Below, piece by piece: positions 29,006 to 39,853 of a DNA stretch of 64,000 nt. Below the pieces are notes generated by a model. It ran no database searches and had not been told where the DNA came from. It worked only from the letters and a program-made list of their open reading frames with translations. The stretch is from an uncultured Candidatus Sumerlaeota bacterium (lineage in GTDB: Bacteria; Sumerlaeota; Sumerlaeia; SLMS01): contig CAYTGM010000002.1 in NCBI GenBank assembly GCA_964437365.1, forward strand, positions 130,212 to 194,211, in the 5' to 3' direction. Numbering within the stretch: position 1 is the stretch's first letter; every line of letters begins with the position of its first letter. The position numbers and the translations under genes are program-made.

Positions 29006-32000
29006 TTAGAACTCTGTGACGTTCACACCTTTAAGAATTACCCCGATATGAGGGTTGTCTTGATCGAGTGAATCTTTTTCTACATAGAGATAATCGAAGG
29101 ATAGGTTTAGCGTGCTTCCTGACAAATCTTCAGGGCAGTTGAACCAGAGCTCATAGGTCAGATCTTCACCCAACACTGGAACTTGAGATTCCTGGTTTAC
29201 AGAATCAATATTGATCACATGGCCGATCTGACTTGTCGAATCATTAGCCCTGAGTCTGAAGGTTGGAACATTCATCCGCTCTTCCTCGGTGGCTGTGCTG
29301 CCTATGGTAAACTCGATCTTGTAGAGTTTACCGTCTATCAGCTCGATTCCAGTCTGCTTTGTCCAATAGCCGAAATAGAGAGGCTCTTCATAGGCTCGTT
29401 CACTCGAGGACGAACTTACCCCTTGAAGGAGAAGTCCGTTATCAGATGAGACGATTTGAGGAGCTGGGAGGTTGCCCGATTCGTCGTACCCATATGACCA
29501 TCCAAGGTTCTCACCATTGGATAAGTTCAGATCGTGATCCAATAAGCTATTACCGTCACTCAGGCGATTCAGCATTAAGTAATCTGTATAGAGATGATCG
29601 AGTGAGATTCTGCTCTCTGCAGCGTCCATCGGATCAACATTGAGAACTTCGAAGCTGAAGAAGTGCTCTAAAGGATTTTCAGCTAAAGGTATATATTGAG
29701 TATAAGCAGTCGGGTTCTGTGCTGGTGAGTTACGTCCGTTTCCAGAGGAAGAGATCACCATGAGATCACTTCTGGAAAAGTCGCTCTTCGATGAACGAAG
29801 GCGAACGGTTGGAACCTCACTTCGGTCCTCGACGGAGGATGATAGGCGCCAGTTTGCCGTCAACAAGACAGGATCTTCCGGAGATTCAATGTCTGCTAAA
29901 GGCGAGTCCCACATTCCAAATGTCAGGTTGTTGTCCTCTGTGTCTATCAGGAGAGACTCAAGTTCTGATGAATGAGAAAACTGGGGCGAAGTAAAGGGGT
30001 CAGGAGATAAGGACTCCCATCCATTCGTTTCGACAAAAGAGTTTGAATTATCTGTCTGTGCATACCAGGCGATCTTCTTATCTAAACGCGATGCAACAAT
30101 GATGTCTTCATCTCCATCAAGATTAAGGTCGCCTGAAAGTACAAAAGCTGGTGCATTAATACCTTCAAGATCAAGACCGATTTCCTCGAACCGAGGAACT
30201 ACCGTTTCAAGATTGTTCATTAAATAAATGATTGAATCACCTGGTGATTTTCGCTGTGGATACATAGTTAATAAGGCATCAGGATAGTTGTCATTATTTA
30301 AATCGGTAAGATGAAATCCAAAGACGTTGTTTAAATCAGATTTAATTACTCGTTCTTCTGAAAACATCACCTCTTGTTCCGTCGTTTGGTTTTCGAACCA
30401 AACGAGGCGATCAGGAGCTTCAAGAAGAATGACGATGTCCTTGTCACCGTCATTGTCCATATCTGAGAGTCTCAAATCAGAATCACCACGCATTGAAGCT
30501 TCGGCGATGATGTATTCACTAAAGCCTTCGACCTCATTGTCCAGGTTGTTCTCGAGCCAGAGTACTTCACCAAGTTCTTCATTGGCAGCCACGAAATCAG
30601 TATCCCCATCACCATCAAGATCGATTGACTCTATTGTGTGAACAGCTCCATTTGAAATCTCAATATCACTTTCCAGGAAGCTTTCTTCAGTAATTCCTAT
30701 ATTGTTCGTGTAGTAGAGTGTTTGTCTGGCACTTGGGTATGCGACAACAAGATCAGTTCTTCCATCCTGATTTAAATCTGCAGTTGTAATATCTTCTCCT
30801 GTCGATTCCGTAAACGTGATTCGTGTTTTTGTCGGAAAATGAGGCCCATCATTTGAAGATTGATTTTTTAACCAACTTAGTTCTCTAGAATCAGTTAGTG
30901 TTATAAGGTCCTGATTACCATCTCCGTCCAAATCGGAAAGAAAGAAGATGTTAAATCGAACGCCATATGGGTCCGTATATAACTCTTTTAATTTACTGAA
31001 CGAACTACCCTTGTCAGATATTTTGTTCTCAAACCAACCTATGCTATTCGCCCCAAATACGGAGATTAGATCTTCATCTCCATCTCCATCCAAATCCGCT
31101 AAGCTCCCCCTCACTTTGTAATTGAGGTTGGTATCAGGAATACTAATTAGATTGCCCATGCATATCAGAAATGTCTCTTCTGGAGCGACAGGCGATTTAT
31201 ACCATTTCAAGCTATCGGACAATAAATCATCCTTTCCATCACTATCTACATCAAGAGTTGCAAAAGTAGGGTTTAGCCTCTCTACATTGCATGGTAGCGA
31301 GAACTGCTGAAATTCAAGGCCTTCTCCAAAATCGGGTGTGGAAAGCGATATACTCGTCATTGATGTACCAACAGAGAAAATCAATTCCTTATTCATGTCA
31401 CCATCAATATCTACAAGGGCTTTTGAATCCAGAGTTTCTCCAGGTAGGCTCCTTACAAGATGAATTGGTTCAAAGTCTACGCTGTTAGCAATACCGTTAT
31501 TTCTTAGCAGATATACATCAGTACCAGGAATCCCACCGTAAACATCAAAGTTCACCAGAATGACATCATCATCACTATCATGGTCGATATCATCTATAAT
31601 AAATTTGGAACCATACCCAGATGTAAAGAAATTACCGGTAATATAAGACGAGCTCCAATCCCCAGACGCCTGCTCAGCAGCGGGATTAATTAGTGCATAG
31701 ACATTGATTCGCTCATCACCTTTAGCTGTATAAATGACATCCAGAAAACCGTCATTATTTAAATCTATGGAATCAGCTGCGAAAGGGACCACATCTTTCT
31801 TAATAACCGTCTTTTCGAAAAGGAGAGTCCCGGATTCTTTTTCGAATTTGAAATCTACCAAAAGGATCTCATCGGAAACATATGAATAAGCCAATAATTC
31901 GGCTTTTCCGTCCCCATACATATCCGAAAAACCATATATGCCCACTCCCTCATCTTCCAGTGGTCGGGGAGTAGAGAAACTAACATGCTTTTCTAGCATC

Positions 32001-32476
32001 TGATTCTCTATCCAAAAAAGACCTTCTATCCCGGTTCCGAGGATATCAAGATCATCATCCCCATCCAAGTCATAGGGAAAGGCCTTCCCATACGAATTAC
32101 CGCGCGAAAGATACTCCGGGCTTGTAAAAACTCCATCTGATTGAATCCGGTTTTCCATCCAGAGGAGATCACCACTACCAGGCAAACCAGGAGGGTTACG
32201 ATCAAGTCTGCTCGTTGCAAGAATATCTAAATCGCCATCCAAGTCGAAATCTGCTGCTTCTATTGTTTCAAAATTCAGATGAAACTCATCTGAGATAACA
32301 TCTCCGAAGCCGAATTGAATCGGCGGTTGAGCCATCAGGTTTCCCGGTAATGCTAAGAGCACGCTCCCGACGGAACTAATTGCAAGAGATTTAATTGTTT
32401 TGGATAGAAATGTAGATGCATATGCATCATGTTTGATAATTCGCATGAGGCTCCCCCCTCGTATAATTTGATCCAA
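29006..32476 (-). CDS. Giant secreted FG-GAP/VCBS-type repeat protein
   Basis: 1156 aa. Signal peptide. More than 10 Ca-binding-like D-x-D-x-DG-x-x-D loops (DLDGDGDEDLI, DVDSDGKDDLL, DIDHDSDDDVIL ...) typical of integrin-alpha/FG-GAP beta-propeller blades. Confidence 0.6.
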   Translation of the reverse strand: MDQIIRGGSLMRIIKHDAYASTFLSKTIKSLAISSVGSVLLALPGNLMAQPPIQFGFGDVISDEFHLNFETIEAADFDLDGDLDILATSRLDRNPPGLPGSGDLLWMENRIQSDGVFTSPEYLSRGNSYGKAFPYDLDGDDDLDILGTGIEGLFWIENQMLEKHVSFSTPRPLEDEGVGIYGFSDMYGDGKAELLAYSYVSDEILLVDFKFEKESGTLLFEKTVIKKDVVPFAADSIDLNNDGFLDVIYTAKGDERINVYALINPAAEQASGDWSSSYITGNFFTSGYGSKFIIDDIDHDSDDDVILVNFDVYGGIPGTDVYLLRNNGIANSVDFEPIHLVRSLPGETLDSKALVDIDGDMNKELIFSVGTSMTSISLSTPDFGEGLEFQQFSLPCNVERLNPTFATLDVDSDGKDDLLSDSLKWYKSPVAPEETFLICMGNLISIPDTNLNYKVRGSLADLDGDGDEDLISVFGANSIGWFENKISDKGSSFSKLKELYTDPYGVRFNIFFLSDLDGDGNQDLITLTDSRELSWLKNQSSNDGPHFPTKTRITFTESTGEDITTADLNQDGRTDLVVAYPSARQTLYYTNNIGITEESFLESDIEISNGAVHTIESIDLDGDGDTDFVAANEELGEVLWLENNLDNEVEGFSEYIIAEASMRGDSDLRLSDMDNDGDKDIVILLEAPDRLVWFENQTTEQEVMFSEERVIKSDLNNVFGFHLTDLNNDNYPDALLTMYPQRKSPGDSIIYLMNNLETVVPRFEEIGLDLEGINAPAFVLSGDLNLDGDEDIIVASRLDKKIAWYAQTDNSNSFVETNGWESLSPDPFTSPQFSHSSELESLLIDTEDNNLTFGMWDSPLADIESPEDPVLLTANWRLSSSVEDRSEVPTVRLRSSKSDFSRSDLMVISSSGNGRNSPAQNPTAYTQYIPLAENPLEHFFSFEVLNVDPMDAAESRISLDHLYTDYLMLNRLSDGNSLLDHDLNLSNGENLGWSYGYDESGNLPAPQIVSSDNGLLLQGVSSSSSERAYEEPLYFGYWTKQTGIELIDGKLYKIEFTIGSTATEEERMNVPTFRLRANDSTSQIGHVINIDSVNQESQVPVLGEDLTYELWFNCPEDLSGSTLNLSFDYLYVEKDSLDQDNPHIGVILKGVNVTEF

Positions 32477-32756
32477 CTATGAAGGTTGCTTCTCTATCGA
32501 TCAAGGATTATTTTCATCAATAAAGCCAAAGTATTCTCTTATCTTCGTTATAGCCTGAAATAACAATACTCCATAGATTGGATGTTGCATCGATGCAACA
32601 ATCAGAAAGGGGGAAGATGGACGATCCAGTGCCCTTTGAATAGACGAGAAACACCCATGATTGAACAGTTTTGGAATTGCCTGCCTGACCGTCCAACTGA
32701 TCATTGCAAGATAGACGTTTGCCCCCACACCTCAAAGGCGAGTTCTCAAAAAGCCC

Positions 32757-34682
32757 TTACTTCTCTAGTCTTAAACTGTATATCGTCGCTGTTCCACTTC
32801 CCTGCGAGCCGGGTATCACCAGCGCGAAACCTTTGACTGAGCTGAAGTCTACGCGTCGTCCACCTTCCTGATTCCCCCAGACAGAACGCTTTCTCAGGTC
32901 TGCCAGTTCGAATCGGTAGGTCTCCTTCTTTCCATCGCCAAGACGAGATGGAAGAATAAAGGACTCACCGTCATCACCAGAGGTCGAGTCGAAGGACATG
33001 CTCCCCGGGTTACCAACGGCGGCCTCGTCCAGAACAAAGTGAAACTCAGTGTTGATGGGAACATCAGCTTCAAATACCAGCGATGTATAGCCATCGATGT
33101 CTATCGCTGGCGGTGTCGACTTTTCAACGTGGTTGCTGACGGGACCGCTAAAGCTGATTCCTCCACCCCATTGTTCTGCTGTGTCGAATTTAAGAAGATA
33201 AGCTCCTTCTTCTTCCGTGAGTTGAAAGTTGGCGTCATCGGCGGTAAAGACTTCGATCGGTGCCACGGCTGGGCTTTGCAGCAGGTCAACGACCGGTGGA
33301 CGATCAGGGTACTGTCCGATCGATATAATAGTTTCCTGGTCCTTTGGAAGGGTATCAGGCATGGGTCGAGTCGTTGTCTGATGAATCTTCATCGACTCAT
33401 CGTTGATCGTCTTCATATGTTCCAAAACTTGAGTGTAAGGTCGGTCGTAAATATCAACGACTCCGTAATTAGAGTTTTCACCGTCGAAGCGCCCTTGAGG
33501 AGATTGATCGCTATATTGAAACCAGTGCATCCCGATCAGAGCAGGGTAGGAGAAAGCATCTTCAAGAAAAGCCTGATAGCGCTCGCCTCTTTCTGCCTGC
33601 GTTTTGAGCACAGCACCCGCGCCGCCAGTATTCGGGTTTCCGCTGGTATTTTCATCCGCACGCCAGGAAAACTCTGTGATCATCATTGGCTTTCCACCAA
33701 TGAGCCAGTGGCGGGCGAGAAGAGAACTGTCTATCTCGGGTTTGCCCCGATAGTGATTAAAGGATAGGACGTCACAATACTTTCCACATGCTTCAATAAC
33801 AGGGGTTGGTGCATTCCCGGCAAAGCGAGTTCCGAGAATGAGAAAATCTGGATAGAGTTCTCGAACTGCTTCCGTTGATTTTCTATAGAAATTGTAGGCA
33901 ATATAGGCGATGAATTCGGATCTGGATTTATTCGCTTCATCAGAGCGACCCATCTTGAGGTTTTCGAAAGTGACATCATCCCAGCTTTCGATGGGAATGC
34001 TCCAGGCAGCGCTCAATTCAGAAGGCGATGAGTATTTCTCTTTCAAAAAATCGAGAGAAACCTGTCTATACTCTGCAGGCTGATCGGGTTTGAAGCTCTC
34101 TTCCAGAATCGTGTGGTAGGGATTGTCCGTCCAGGGGGATGCACCGAACCAGGCCATTTCATTATCGAGAAATACACCGATGATTTTCTCATGGTGATTG
34201 AACTCAGAGAGCACACTTTTTGTCTTTGCCTTTACTTTCTCTTTAAAGCCGGGGAGGACTGATTGAAACATTCTCAGTTTGTCGTGCTCAGCGACATAGA
34301 GAATTGGCGTGTCGTATAGCTGGCCATCATTCGTCTCCGGCGTAGACCATGCCCCTATCGTATTGAAGGAAGCAGACTTAAGAATGTTTATCGTAGAGTC
34401 CTGCCATGCCTCCCAGTTGCCTTCGAACTTTTCAGGCACCGGATCATAGTATGTGGATCCTTCGGGGGCTTGAAAATCGTGGACATCAAGAACCGTATTA
34501 ACACCGAGAGAAAGAAATCTGTTTCCTTCATCATCCTGGAACCAGTGCTTGCCTTCGCTGTCCTCTACCACTGTATAGCGGGCATAAGTTGTGGTTGATG
34601 TAAGGAAGATGCAGAGTCCCGCCATCACTGCAATTAAGGATGATTTCATGACTGAAGAGCCTTTCAAACGGAGGGTGTCCAT
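32757..34682 (-). CDS. Secreted glycoside hydrolase (clan GH-A-like TIM barrel) with C-terminal beta-sandwich/CBM-like domain
   Basis: 641 aa. Signal peptide. Candidate acid/base GVFLDNEMAW and nucleophile MMITEFSW in GH-A spacing. The GH family is not assignable by eye. Confidence 0.45.
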   Translation of the reverse strand: MDTLRLKGSSVMKSSLIAVMAGLCIFLTSTTTYARYTVVEDSEGKHWFQDDEGNRFLSLGVNTVLDVHDFQAPEGSTYYDPVPEKFEGNWEAWQDSTINILKSASFNTIGAWSTPETNDGQLYDTPILYVAEHDKLRMFQSVLPGFKEKVKAKTKSVLSEFNHHEKIIGVFLDNEMAWFGASPWTDNPYHTILEESFKPDQPAEYRQVSLDFLKEKYSSPSELSAAWSIPIESWDDVTFENLKMGRSDEANKSRSEFIAYIAYNFYRKSTEAVRELYPDFLILGTRFAGNAPTPVIEACGKYCDVLSFNHYRGKPEIDSSLLARHWLIGGKPMMITEFSWRADENTSGNPNTGGAGAVLKTQAERGERYQAFLEDAFSYPALIGMHWFQYSDQSPQGRFDGENSNYGVVDIYDRPYTQVLEHMKTINDESMKIHQTTTRPMPDTLPKDQETIISIGQYPDRPPVVDLLQSPAVAPIEVFTADDANFQLTEEEGAYLLKFDTAEQWGGGISFSGPVSNHVEKSTPPAIDIDGYTSLVFEADVPINTEFHFVLDEAAVGNPGSMSFDSTSGDDGESFILPSRLGDGKKETYRFELADLRKRSVWGNQEGGRRVDFSSVKGFALVIPGSQGSGTATIYSLRLEK

Positions 34683-34731
34683 CAGAAGAAGAGTGAAGGA
34701 GGGAGAGATAAGCTCTCCCCCTCAGTAATGA

Positions 34732-35406
34732 TTAGCGTCCAGCCAGTGTTGATTCGTCGCCGTATGATGAGCGAATGACATCACCCCAGGAGATGGTTCC
34801 ATTGGTTGGATCGTAATAAGGCCATGTTCCAAGGGGGTCACCGAATCCGCTGACAGGAACAGTTCCTTTGTTTGCGAGCTTGGTATTGATGTTCTGCTCT
34901 TTGTCAGGACCGGGAGAATAGAGCAGCCATGATGTTGGCTGTTCATTGACATTAAAGCCGAGGCCAGTCGCGATCTGCTGCAAGGTGGTTTGCCCTGATA
35001 CCGTATCAAGGTAGGTGCGGCGATAGTCATAGTAGATTCGCGCGTCATCAGGAAGAATGCTTCCACGATAATCACCTTCGAAAGCATCGACAGGGAAAGA
35101 GGTGATATAGGCGATCGGTGAAGTCAAGGTTACGAGGAGGCAGTACCGCCGGTTAGCAGCCGCATACGTTGGCGCATAAGGGGCATCAACGATGGCAAGT
35201 GGGAATTTATTGTTATCCACGTAATAGGACTCGATGGCGGTTGCGAGTGTGCGCATATCTGATTTCGCCCGTGATACTTTCGCCCGTGTTTGTGCTTCCA
35301 GAAAGTTGGGAACGGCAATGGCCGCCAAAATGGCGATAATTGCGACGACGATCAGAAGTTCGATCAGGGTGAACCCTGTTGATGATTTTCTCAGTGTATC
35401 TCTCAT
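34732..35406 (-). CDS. GspG-like pseudopilin / prepilin-type N-terminal methylation-domain protein
   Basis: 224 aa. KSSTGFTLIELLIVVAIIAILAAIAVPNF class III signal with Glu+5. C-terminal LYSPGPD..GDP..W resembles the GspG core. Confidence 0.7.
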   Translation of the reverse strand: MRDTLRKSSTGFTLIELLIVVAIIAILAAIAVPNFLEAQTRAKVSRAKSDMRTLATAIESYYVDNNKFPLAIVDAPYAPTYAAANRRYCLLVTLTSPIAYITSFPVDAFEGDYRGSILPDDARIYYDYRRTYLDTVSGQTTLQQIATGLGFNVNEQPTSWLLYSPGPDKEQNINTKLANKGTVPVSGFGDPLGTWPYYDPTNGTISWGDVIRSSYGDESTLAGR

Positions 35407-35449
35407 TTTAAGTTCTCCTTAATGTTCGATGTTTCAAGATACCGGGGGG

Positions 35450-36304
35450 TTAGCCTTTCAGGCCGGTTAGAGAAATTCCTTCGATGAAGGATTTCTGGGT
35501 TAGGAAAAAGAGGCCGATGACGGGGAGAATCATCAGCGTCGTGGCTGCCATAAGTAGGGTGATCTCGACTTCGCCGAGACGGCTCTGAAAGGCTTCAAGG
35601 CCCAGAGCCAGCGTGAATTGTGTCTCACTCGTTAGATAGATCAAAGGACCTATGAAATCATTCCAGTGGTAAAGAAAGGTAAAGAGTGCGACGACCAGGA
35701 GTGCGGGGCGCGTTAAGGGAAGCACGATGCGAAAGAAGATTCCGAGCTCACCACATCCATCTATACGAGCAACATCTGTCAGGTCTTTAGGGACACCCAT
35801 GAAGAATTGTCGCAGAAGGAAAACGTTATAGGCACTTGCAAAGAAAGCTGGTACCCACAGTGGTTTGAATGTGCCAATCCATCCGAACTCTTTGAAGATA
35901 ACATATTGTGGAACCATCAGGACGGGAAACGGTATCATCATCGTTGCGAGAGTGATCCCAAAGAGTGCTCCACTGCCTGGGAATTTGAAGTGCGCAAATC
36001 CCCACGCAACCAGAGCACAGCTTAGAGTTGTACCAACCACATTCAAGAAACAGATCTGGAGGGTGTTCCATGCATACTTCCAAAAAGGAATGAATTCCGT
36101 TGCTGCTTTATAGTTCTCGAACATGAAGGTAGATGGAATCCAAGAAGGAGGCATTGCTTCTGCCTCAGCGGGCGTCATCAGTGATGTCTTGATCATCCAG
36201 ATGAATGGCAGTAGAAAAAGCACCGCAAAAAAGATTGCAAAAGTATGTGTGACGATACTGTGAAGAATGCTGTTTGGCTTTAAATTTCTGGTCTTCTTGC
36301 CCAT
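35450..36304 (-). CDS. Carbohydrate ABC transporter permease (MalG/UgpE-like)
   Basis: 284 aa with 6 TM helices. EAA-like loop ARIDGCGELGIFFRIVLP. Confidence 0.8.
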   Translation of the reverse strand: MGKKTRNLKPNSILHSIVTHTFAIFFAVLFLLPFIWMIKTSLMTPAEAEAMPPSWIPSTFMFENYKAATEFIPFWKYAWNTLQICFLNVVGTTLSCALVAWGFAHFKFPGSGALFGITLATMMIPFPVLMVPQYVIFKEFGWIGTFKPLWVPAFFASAYNVFLLRQFFMGVPKDLTDVARIDGCGELGIFFRIVLPLTRPALLVVALFTFLYHWNDFIGPLIYLTSETQFTLALGLEAFQSRLGEVEITLLMAATTLMILPVIGLFFLTQKSFIEGISLTGLKG

Positions 36305-36306
36305 CG

Positions 36307-37200
36307 CTATGCACCTCCATAATAGACATAGCGCCGACTGAGCGTATGTCCAAGGAGTGTCAAGGTTGCAATGAGCGCGAAAAGTATCCAGGCCATCGCA
36401 CTTGCGTAACCCATATTCAGGTAGGAGAAAGCCTGTTCAAAGATATACATGGTGTAGAAAAGTGTTGATCGTGCTGGTCCGCCACCCGTCATCACCCAGG
36501 GCAAGGCGAAAACCTGAAGGACGCCAATGATACCCATGATGACGTTAAAATAGATGACGGGTGAAATCATTGGGAGCGTCACATTCAGCATTTTCTGAAT
36601 GATTGTAGCACCATCAATTTCTGCTGCTTCGTAGAGAGTCCTTGGAACATCCTGAAGGCTTGCCAGATAGATAATCACAGCGTTACCAACCGTCCAGAGA
36701 CTAGCGAGGACAAGCCCCGGTTTTGAGTATCGGGGGTCTCCTATCCAGTCGACTGAAGGAATACCCAGAAAACCGGTCAGGTAGTTTACCAGTCCATAGT
36801 CCAGGTGAAGTGTTTCTATCCAGAGTATTGCAACAGCGACGAGTGGTACGAGAGAGGGCAAAAAGAAGACTGTGCGAAAAACTGAGCGCATAAAAAGCTT
36901 GCTGTTCAGAAGGAGAGCAAGAGACAGGGCGAGGATAGTACCGAGGGGAAGGAAGACCAGCGCGAACAGGAAGGTGTTTCTAAGTGACACCCAGAAGACG
37001 TCATCGTAAACGAGATCACTGTAGTTCTGGGTTCCAATATATGCAGGCGAGTTAAGTATGGAATAATCAGTAAAGCTGAAATAGAGAGAGAGGACCAGAG
37101 GGATCAGCATGAAAACGCTAAACCCCACAATCCACGGAGAAATGAACATCAGTCCATATTTCATGTTCTTTTTCTGCTCTCCGGTCACTTTACTTTCCAC
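36307..37200 (-). CDS. Carbohydrate ABC transporter permease (MalF/UgpA-like)
   Basis: 297 aa with 6 TM helices. EAA motif YEAAEIDGATIIQKMLNVTLP. Confidence 0.8.
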   Translation of the reverse strand: MESKVTGEQKKNMKYGLMFISPWIVGFSVFMLIPLVLSLYFSFTDYSILNSPAYIGTQNYSDLVYDDVFWVSLRNTFLFALVFLPLGTILALSLALLLNSKLFMRSVFRTVFFLPSLVPLVAVAILWIETLHLDYGLVNYLTGFLGIPSVDWIGDPRYSKPGLVLASLWTVGNAVIIYLASLQDVPRTLYEAAEIDGATIIQKMLNVTLPMISPVIYFNVIMGIIGVLQVFALPWVMTGGGPARSTLFYTMYIFEQAFSYLNMGYASAMAWILFALIATLTLLGHTLSRRYVYYGGA

Positions 37201-38546
37201 TCCTCTAGACGCGTTTCTTTGACCTTTTCCCAGCGTAGAATTGCCCGGTCGAGCTTCGGATCAATGCGCTTTTTGATATATTCGAGCGTCGGTTCAACAG
37301 GGGATCCTTTGAGCCAGATTTCCTCCATGGCAACTTCAATCTCATGACGATACTCTTCCCAGACTGGAACTTTTGGAACAGCCTGAGCATTGGGAGATTC
37401 TGCCAGCTCGCGAAAGACTCGTATATAAGGGTTCGCGTGCTCTTTGTAGAACTCATCACTCACTTCCATCAGCGGAGAAAACTTGCGGTGCTTCAGGCAG
37501 AGCTCTTCCATGATTTCCTGACGTTGAACAAAACGGATGAAATCCCACGCCTCTTCAACATTTTTGGCCCCTCTTGGAATAACCAGTATATCTGTTTCGA
37601 CAACAGTAGCGGGTTTTTCCGGGTCGGGGTGATAGCTCGGGAATGGTGCAACTCCCCAGTCCAGGTTATCACTGAACTTTTCGATGAAACTGGACATCCA
37701 CACACCTTGCAGTTTCATTGCGACCCGGCCACTCATGAATGAATTGCTGGGAGAAGCAAACTCACCACGGTGCGTCGCTTCGAAATCCTTAATTCTTTGT
37801 GCATCATAGTCCTTAAGATAACTTTGGACCCAGTTGAAGGCGGTCTTTGACTCCTCTGAGTCGATAAGGATCTCAGTTCCTGATTCATTGACAAGGCTTC
37901 CTCCGAACCAGAAGACCCACATCGTTCCCCACCATCCCGGGTCTGTGGGCAGGAAACCCAATTGTGTATATTTGCCGTCTGAGTCCACCTTTGTTAATTT
38001 CTTCGCATATTCATCCAGCTCTTTGATCGACTGTGGGGGAGAATCAGGGTCCAGGCCCGCTTCTCTGAACAAGTCTTTGTTGTAGTGAAGCGCTACCGTC
38101 GCAGGAGTGGAAGGAAGACCCCAGGTGAACCCCTTGTATGTACAGGCTTCATAAACGGAAGGAAGGTAGTCGGAACCACTTAGACCATCCTTTTTCATGA
38201 ATTCATCGAGTGGAATAAGAGCACCTTTGTCCGCAAAGTTATAGACAGTGTGCGACCAGAAGCCTGCGATATCCGGTGGGTTTCCACCCGCCGTTGCTAG
38301 AAGGAGTTTCGCATCAATGGTACTGGTGGAGATAAACTCCACATATACTTCATCTTGGGATTCATTGTATTTTTTGACGATATCCAGCATCGCGTCTTTT
38401 TCAAAATTGGTCCACTTTTCCCAGTAAGTAACAACCTTTCGGTCTCCCTTCAGGTCTTTGCCGTGCGATTCCGAACAGCCACTACTGAGCGTGCAGAGCA
38501 GCACGGCGATAAGTGAGTGCGTGGCAGTCTTGAAAGAGAGACCCAT
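37185..38546 (-). CDS. ABC transporter extracellular solute-binding lipoprotein (family 1, sugar)
   Basis: 453 aa. Lipobox LSSGCS. Size and composition of MalE-type SBPs. Operon with the two permeases. Confidence 0.7.
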   Translation of the reverse strand: MGLSFKTATHSLIAVLLCTLSSGCSESHGKDLKGDRKVVTYWEKWTNFEKDAMLDIVKKYNESQDEVYVEFISTSTIDAKLLLATAGGNPPDIAGFWSHTVYNFADKGALIPLDEFMKKDGLSGSDYLPSVYEACTYKGFTWGLPSTPATVALHYNKDLFREAGLDPDSPPQSIKELDEYAKKLTKVDSDGKYTQLGFLPTDPGWWGTMWVFWFGGSLVNESGTEILIDSEESKTAFNWVQSYLKDYDAQRIKDFEATHRGEFASPSNSFMSGRVAMKLQGVWMSSFIEKFSDNLDWGVAPFPSYHPDPEKPATVVETDILVIPRGAKNVEEAWDFIRFVQRQEIMEELCLKHRKFSPLMEVSDEFYKEHANPYIRVFRELAESPNAQAVPKVPVWEEYRHEIEVAMEEIWLKGSPVEPTLEYIKKRIDPKLDRAILRWEKVKETRLEEWKVK

Positions 38547-38549
38547 CGA

Positions 38550-39695
38550 TCAGCTGACTTTCTTTCGCGCGGGAGGCGCCGTCGAATCTCGAACCACAAG
38601 TGGCGTGTCTAGAACGATATGCTGTCCCGGTTCGGTTTTGTTTTCGATACGTTCAAGAATAAGTTTCCCAACTGTCTTGCCCAGAAGATAACCTTCGTGG
38701 GCGATCGTGGTCAGCTGTGGAGAGAGGAAATTTGTCCAGGAATCATTGTCGAAACCGACGATAGACAAGTCTTCAGGAAGTCTCTTATTCCATTTCCTGG
38801 CGCAGATGATAGCACCTGCAGCGATTTTGTCTGAGGCGCAGATGACACCACTTGGGCCTGGAAGCGATGATGAAAAGATCCAATCCAGCTGGACTTGAGC
38901 ATCATCAAAGCCCGTTGCGAAGTCGCAGGATCTTACCCAGGAATCATTAACGGTTAAACCTTGTCGTTTCATTTCTTCAAGAAAGCCTTTGAGACGCTGA
39001 TCGGCGTCTATCCAGCCAACATTACCACCGAGGAAGGCAATTTCACGATGGCCGATGGAAACGAGGTGACGCACAGCTCGAGCAACTCCACCTTCGTTGT
39101 CAAATTCTGCAGAGCTGTAATTAACCTCTGAGAGATCTTCTTTTTTGTCGAGCCCTCCGAAGAGCACGATTGGAGCCTCTGATTTTCCAAGGGCTTTCAA
39201 ATCTTCTGGAGTAATCTGGTCAGCTCGGATAGCAACAGCGCAGCATCTCGTTGAATCAACCAGTCGATTCGTCACATCTGAAAGACCTTCCTCCTCTTCT
39301 CTGGGGACAAGAAGGAGCAGGTTGAAGCCTTCTTCTGTGATGACTTTTTCAAATCCTGCAAGGGCGTCGGAGTGGAATTCACCGCGTATCCCCATCGAGG
39401 AATCGAGGATCATGGCGATCGTGTCTGATGCGCCTTTTCTGAGTGCCTGGGCGGCACTATTGGGCTGATAGCCGATTTCTGCTGCAATGGCTTTAATTCT
39501 GCTCCGTGTAGCTTCCGAGACTCCTTTATTCCCATTGAGAGCCCTCGAGACAGTCATAAGGGAGACCTGCGCTTTTTCGGCGACAAGTTGTGCCTTTGCT
39601 TTTCGGTCATCTGATTTTTTCTTTGCCATGTTTGGATTGCTCCAAGGGAATCGTGCTTTTCTAAGCGTTAACTTTAACTCACCGCTTCTTGTCAA
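38550..39695 (-). CDS. LacI-family transcriptional regulator
   Basis: N-terminal HTH VSLMTVSRALNGNKGVSEATRSRIKAIAAEIGYQPN. Periplasmic-binding-fold C-terminal domain. The first ~25 codons of the ORF are probably an over-extension. Confidence 0.8.
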   Translation of the reverse strand: MTRSGELKLTLRKARFPWSNPNMAKKKSDDRKAKAQLVAEKAQVSLMTVSRALNGNKGVSEATRSRIKAIAAEIGYQPNSAAQALRKGASDTIAMILDSSMGIRGEFHSDALAGFEKVITEEGFNLLLLVPREEEEGLSDVTNRLVDSTRCCAVAIRADQITPEDLKALGKSEAPIVLFGGLDKKEDLSEVNYSSAEFDNEGGVARAVRHLVSIGHREIAFLGGNVGWIDADQRLKGFLEEMKRQGLTVNDSWVRSCDFATGFDDAQVQLDWIFSSSLPGPSGVICASDKIAAGAIICARKWNKRLPEDLSIVGFDNDSWTNFLSPQLTTIAHEGYLLGKTVGKLILERIENKTEPGQHIVLDTPLVVRDSTAPPARKKVS

Positions 39696-39853
39696 GACTA
39701 TTCGCTAAAATTAGTAGGATGACCTTTTGTCTGATCTTTTTCTTTAAAAAACGCTCCAACTGCTTCTTTTCTCTCTTGACAAGAGGAGCGATATCGTTAA
39801 CTGCATAGAGTTAACGTTAAAGCAATGCGACGAAACGAAAAGCGATCTTACTT

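Noticed and set aside
33039-33767. 242-aa + strand ORF antisense to the glycoside hydrolase gene
   Set aside because: Contained in a longer, motif-supported - strand gene. Spurious.
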